Shown here one piece after another: positions 57,111 to 64,000 of a stretch of 64,000 nt of DNA. A model generated the notes under the pieces. The model did not search any database. It saw nothing but the letters and a program-made list of their open reading frames with translations, and was not told where the DNA came from. Every line of letters begins with the position of its first letter. Within the stretch, counting starts at the first letter, position 1. Made by a program: the position numbers and the translations under genes. This DNA is from the human T2T-CHM13v2.0 reference genome, Homo sapiens: NCBI RefSeq assembly GCF_009914755.1, contig NC_060930.1; one strand, written 5' to 3'.

Positions 57111-57342
57111 ATACATTTAATTAGTTCTTTTCAAAAAATAGTTCTTGATGGATGTGTAAATACCAAACTGTACTTCTTAAAACAGAAAGATCCAAAGCTG
57201 ATGTGAAAATTGTATAGAATAAAAACAATAAGTCTTTCAAAAGAATAAAATTGGACCCTTTGCCTTAGACTATATATAACAATTAGCTCATAATCTATCA
57301 TAGACCTAAGTGTGTAAGAGCTTAAACAAAGCTATAAAACTC

Positions 57343-57657
<315 letters not shown>

Positions 57658-58596
57658 TAAAACTCTTAAAAGAAAACAGAGGAAAAGTTTGGCACTGCAT
57701 TTGGTAATTATTCCTTGGATATGACACCAAAAGCATAGGCAACAAAAGAAAGGACAGACAAATTGGAGTACGTCAAAGTTTTAAAAACTTTTGAGCATCA
57801 AAGGAGACTATCGAGAGAGTGAAAAGGTATAACCCACAGAATAGGAGAAAATATTTGCAAATCATATATCTGATAGGGGATTAATATCTATATAAAACAC
57901 TCCTATCAACAGCAAAACAAATAACCTAATTAAAAAAAAATGGCAAAGGACTTGAATAAACATTTTTCCAAAGAAGATATATACATGGCCAATAAGCACA
58001 TGAAAAGGTACTCAACAGCACTGATCATTAGAGAAATGCAAATTTCACAATGAGTATGTTATCACTTCACACCCAGTATTAGTACAGCTGATATTTAATA
58101 TTAAGAAAAACCCAGAAAATACCAAGTGTTGTCAAGGATATGGAGAAATTGGAAGCTTGCGTCCTGTTGGTGGGAATGTGAAATGGTGCAGCCACTGTGA
58201 GAAGCAGTATGATAGTTCTCAAAAAATTAAACATAGAATTACCATATACTCCAGCAGTCCCACTTCTCGGAATGTACCCCAAGACGTAAAAGCAACAATT
58301 CGACCAGATATTTGTAAACCCCTATTCAGAGCAGCATTTTTCACAATACTCAAAAGTTGGAAACAGTCGAGTGTTTATCCATGGGTGAGTGGATAAACAG
58401 TTATGCTGTATACATTCCGTGGCCTTAAAACGGAATGAAACATGATACACACCACAACATGGATGAACCTTGAATACGTTATGCTAACTCAGACACAAAA
58501 TAAGCCAGACACAAAGGAACACATATTGTGTGATTCTGCCTATGTGAGATAGCAAGACTAACCAAATTCATAGAGTCAGAAAGTGTAATGGTGCTT

Positions 58597-58674
58597 GCCG
58601 GGGGTTGGGATGGGGGCCGGGGGGTTGGGATGGGGGCCGGGGGGTTGGGATGGGGGCCGGGGGTTGGGATGGGG
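58597..58674 (+). repeat. G-rich minisatellite, 4 x 19-20 bp (GCCGGGGG[G]TTGGGATGGGG)
   Basis: Units start at 58597, 58616, 58636 and 58656 and differ only by one G. Confidence 0.97.
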
Positions 58675-59369
58675 AACAGAATGTGGGGTTGTTATTTCCA
58701 GGGCACAGAGTTTCCATTTGGGATGATGAAATCCTATAAAAGGATGGTGGTGATGGTTGGCCAACAGTGTGAATGTACTTATGCATCATTGAACTGTGTA
58801 CTTCAAATGGTTAAAATGGTCAATTTTGTGTATATTTTAGCACAATTAAAAAAGGTCTTTAGACATGGAAGATAAGGAGAAAGGTGCTCATTCTTTTACG
58901 CAGCAAAATAGTAGCATGTTAGAATTCAGTAGTGGGGAGTTTTCACCACACTTGAATATGTCTCTGATAAGTTTAGGACAATGCCAAGTATTTCTTTTGT
59001 TCATAGATTCTTTTCCTCCAAAAGGAGGAACAAACTGATAATGTAAGTAGATTGAGCTATTCAGAGACACCAGGTCTGTGATAGAAACTGGGGCGTGTTT
59101 TAGTATCATAACTTCAAAGCTCACATCAAGGAGGTTCTAATATCTGTTCCAGTGTTTTTCTATGCTTTCCTAGAGATAGAACTGGACTGGACTATAGTTT
59201 AGCTCAAGGCAAGCAGCTCTTAACGTTTCCATTGACTGTGGTGTGTGATTTCTATATGTATTTCAGGAGGTTCAGTCAACAGACATTCACCGAGCTCTTA
59301 GTACTGGACAGGCATGTGGAATACAGTGATGAACTGAACTAGCAAGGGCCTGTCCTGTGCAGTGGACTG

Positions 59370-59620
59370 TCCAGTGGTGTGGTAGTGTTCATGGTCAAAT
59401 GAGTTTGAGAAATCTTGGATGTAAAGGTGGACAAGTTTCCAAACTTTTTAAAGGATTTCACATATCCTTTAATGTGATGATATGGTATGTTTTCTTTTTA
59501 TAGTATATTTGTTTTTTAAACTTTTTTAAATTATAGAACTCATTTCTGTGTGATATTCTATAGAATTAGTGTCCCTTGTAGGACCCATAGGGAAATTAGT
59601 GACCCTTAGGGAAATGCTGG
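59370..59620. mobile_element. MER103-like hAT relic
   Basis: ggtcaaatgagtttgagaaatcttgg...ccttagggaaatgctg. Confidence 0.45.
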
Positions 59621-59712
59621 CATAAAGTTCTGTCTGTTAGAGGTTCACCAACCTACAGGACACTTGTTTCCCTTGGGAGGAGATCATAATGAAGGCTTCC
59701 TCCTAGTTCTGT

Positions 59713-59810
59713 CCTGAATGCCCTGATGGCTTGTGAGGAGAGGGACAGTCGCTCAGACACCAGAACTCAGAAGAGCTATGGCCTGGAGTGTCCTAGGTGA
59801 AAGGCCTGGG
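59713..59810 (+). repeat. Copy 1 of a dispersed direct duplication (partner 62817-62914)
   Basis: 50/54 identity over 59716-59769 vs 62820-62873. Confidence 0.92.
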
Positions 59811-59984
59811 AAGTGATTGGAGCACCTGGTCTTGTAGTCAGGGACTTGGCCTTTGAGCTGAGTCTCTTTTCTCGGAAGGACACCTCCTGGGGTGTCCCCT
59901 CCTGCCTTGTGTGGGTGCTTGAGTTTCCCAGGGCCACCTCTTTTTGGGAGGATGTGGACTGGGGTGGAGGCAAAATCTTTATGG

Positions 59985-60635
59985 TAAAAGTGGAAAATTG
60001 TGAAATAATTTAGACATATAGAAAAGTACAGAAGCAAATATAACAGACACACTTGTGTAATTACAGATACAGTATATACAGGTGTATACACACACACACA
60101 CACACACCCACATACACACAGTATATATAGGTATAAAAATAACATGTTACCCTATTTGCTTCACATCTTTCTTTTTATAAAGGAGCAAAGCATGGCTGAA
60201 GCCACGCCCCATAATCCCCAATTCTTTTCAATGCACGTTTCTATACTTTTGCTACATGTGTGTTTATAAACAGTATACACTAATATCTTACGTATTCAAA
60301 TTTTATACAAATGATATGATACTGCATTAACTTTTTGTTGCTTTCTTTTTAAACTCAACATTGTAGTTTTTAGTTTTGTACCATTTTGATATGTGGCGTC
60401 TTACTCCTTTTTTACTACTGTGTAGATTTAATTGTGTGCCTATAGCAAAGTTAACTTTTCCCATTTACCTTCTGTCTTAGAGTTAGATTTTGTCCTCTTC
60501 TGTCAATTGTAGTAGACAGGACTGCATTGAATATCCTTCCTGGAACATGTGTGTTTCATGGTTATATACTTAACAAGGCGCATGGCCGGGTCATGGGGTC
60601 AGTGTACCTTTAAACCTAGTAAGAAACTGCTCTCT
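59985..60635 (-). mobile_element. Old L1ME-like 3' end containing (CA)n at ~60088-60120
   Basis: tgtgaaataatttagacatatagaaaagtacagaa...ttttatacaaatgatatgatactg. Confidence 0.65.
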
Positions 60636-60646
60636 AAACTTCTTTA

Positions 60647-61288
<642 letters not shown>

Positions 61289-61460
61289 TCATTTCACTCA
61301 TTTTGGAGGATGAGCAAAAAGTTCAGGGTATGGTGAAATGAAAAATGAGTCCTGACCCTGCATATTTAACGTGATACAGAAATGTGAAAGGTAGTACTTG
61401 CGTTCTTTATTGGGATAATTTTCTAAAATAAATATGTAAGTGAATCATTTTTAGCTATAA

Positions 61461-61964
<504 letters not shown>

Positions 61965-62816
61965 TAAATAACAAATGGAAATGTTCTGATCTGAGGCATT
62001 TTTTTTTGAGATCTCCATTTAGTTCAGTTTTGCAGGTTTTAAAAAATATATATATATATAGTTAGAACTGTGTTCGAGGCAAAGCATGCACTGGACAGTC
62101 AGGACTTCCATGGGCCAGCAGTTTTTGGCCAAGGACACCGTGCTGTTGTTAGTGTACCATTCAGTGGCTGTAGATGAAGCTGAACACGTGTGTCAGATTT
62201 GGGTAGTTCAAGAGATTTCCATATTATAATGTGTTCCTTGATTCGTTAAAATTTTTCATATAATAATAGCTTGCTTAATAATCATTCAACAGTACTTATC
62301 ATTCAACAGATGTTTGTTGACGCTCAGATCCTTTTCCAGGAGCTTATATTCTAGTGATGAGGACAGATAGTAAACACGTGAACACGTAGTTAAGTGTTTC
62401 ACTACATGACTAAATCAGTCTCCCCTGTGATAAGATCAGGTTGGTCAAGGCACGAGAATGACCATGGTTAGGGTTAGACTGGGGAGGGAGGGCCGCCCGA
62501 GCTACCAGTGCTCTATGTCTCCAGCTCCCAGCAACTGCTGACTAGCACTCAGTAACTGTTGGTTGCATGTCACTTGCATGCAACCGTCTGGTTATATGAG
62601 TTATCCTGCATATGGTTAAGAATGAAACGACTTAAAAACTCTCAGCAATCAGAATAGGGTTTGCAAAGCTTGGGACAGTGAAGCTCAGGTGCTTTCCTCA
62701 CGCATCGGTCCTTTGGGCCCTCCTTGTGTGGGCAGTGTGTGTGGGTGTCTTGGTCCTCAGCATATTAGAAGCCTAACTGGGTTCAGGTGGGGGTTGAGCT
62801 TGAGCGGTGAGCAGTG

Positions 62817-62914
62817 CCAGAATGCCCTGATGGCCTGTGAGGAGAGGGACAGCCGCCCAGACGCCAGAACTCAAAAGGAGCTGTGGTCTGCAGCATCCAG
62901 CAGAAGGCTCTGGG
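62817..62914 (+). repeat. Copy 2 of the dispersed direct duplication (partner 59713-59810)
   Basis: gaatgccctgatggcctgtgaggagagggacagccgcccagacgccagaactca. Confidence 0.92.
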
Positions 62915-63060
62915 GCCTTCCATGTCCTCTGGGGCAGGCTGTTGATTTGTGTTTCATAATACTATTCAGTTTCAGAAGTCTGAACAGCATATAGTAGATC
63001 TTTCAAAGCCTTGCATCTGAATGCATTGACAAAAAAACAATAATGATCATTAAAGAATTA

Positions 63061-63384
<324 letters not shown>

Positions 63385-64000
63385 TCAGCTGGGATATTCT
63401 ATCGAGGAATTGGTTTTTAAAGGTAACATTTAGGAAATAATTAATATTTTACAGAGAGCACTACAACTTCTAGTTTAATAAGTCATAATGGCACCTGTAT
63501 AGACTTGCAGGTGGGACTGGGCAGGGCATCTATATGACTTAGGAAGGCAGTCCTGTTTGACAGTTGGAGATGTAAGGCAGAGTCATGTGACTGACCGTAT
63601 TCACACAACTCACGTGCGTGCAAAGGGAATTGGACTTAGAGTCCATGTATTTCAAACCCAAAGATTCTTTGGGTAAACTAGAGTTGAGCAATCCGTCCCA
63701 TCATGGCTCCCATTGAAGGACAGCTGACCGGGTCCAGTTGGTTGGCACTGGGCCCCAGGTCTCAGGGAGAGCCCCTCTGTGCTGTTACAGGTTTCCTCAG
63801 CCCAGGCTTACAGAAGGTGGGGTGCCAGCAAAGTTGGTCCTAAATGGATGAATGAGCCGTGTGTCTAAAAGGATAGCAAATTGGTTTTAATCGTGAAGGA
63901 GCATATTTGAGGGCACCCAGGTCTCGGTTTGCTCAGTCGTGTAGGTGGTTGCTCCAGTGAAGATTTCTTAGCTGCGCCCACCTATCCTCCTCGCCCCACA

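Noticed and set aside
59713-59810. Duplicated unit as a tandem intronic snoRNA
   Set aside because: No intact C box (RTGATGA) with a terminal D box, and no H/ACA layout evident.

Overview
Primate, human-like genomic DNA (abundant AluJ/AluS, L1PA/L1MA/L1MB, MIR, L2, MaLR LTRs, Tigger and Charlie relics). I find no credible protein-coding exon: the supplied ORFs are repeat-derived or chance frames. The + strand looks T/G-rich by eye (not counted), and most old L1 and MaLR copies lie on the - strand. Both fit the interior of a long intron of a gene transcribed on +; I cannot name the gene. The main structure not explained by familiar repeats is a ~300-bp inverted duplication (4003-4300 vs 9365-9667, ~5 kb apart). 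It is roughly 75% identical overall but has a 57-bp core with 55 matches, so it could form a long-range RNA duplex. Other points: a ~95-bp dispersed direct duplication (59713-59810 / 62817-62914); a compound (GCT)(TCT)(TAT) trinucleotide array inside an Alu tail; a G-quadruplex-prone minisatellite in an L1 3' UTR; an AT-rich 63-nt hairpin; a multiply nested transposon; and several candidate regulatory motifs (ZNF143/THAP11 M4, ETS triplet, CTCF, kB). Repeat subfamily names are from memory of consensus sequences and need RepeatMasker confirmation.
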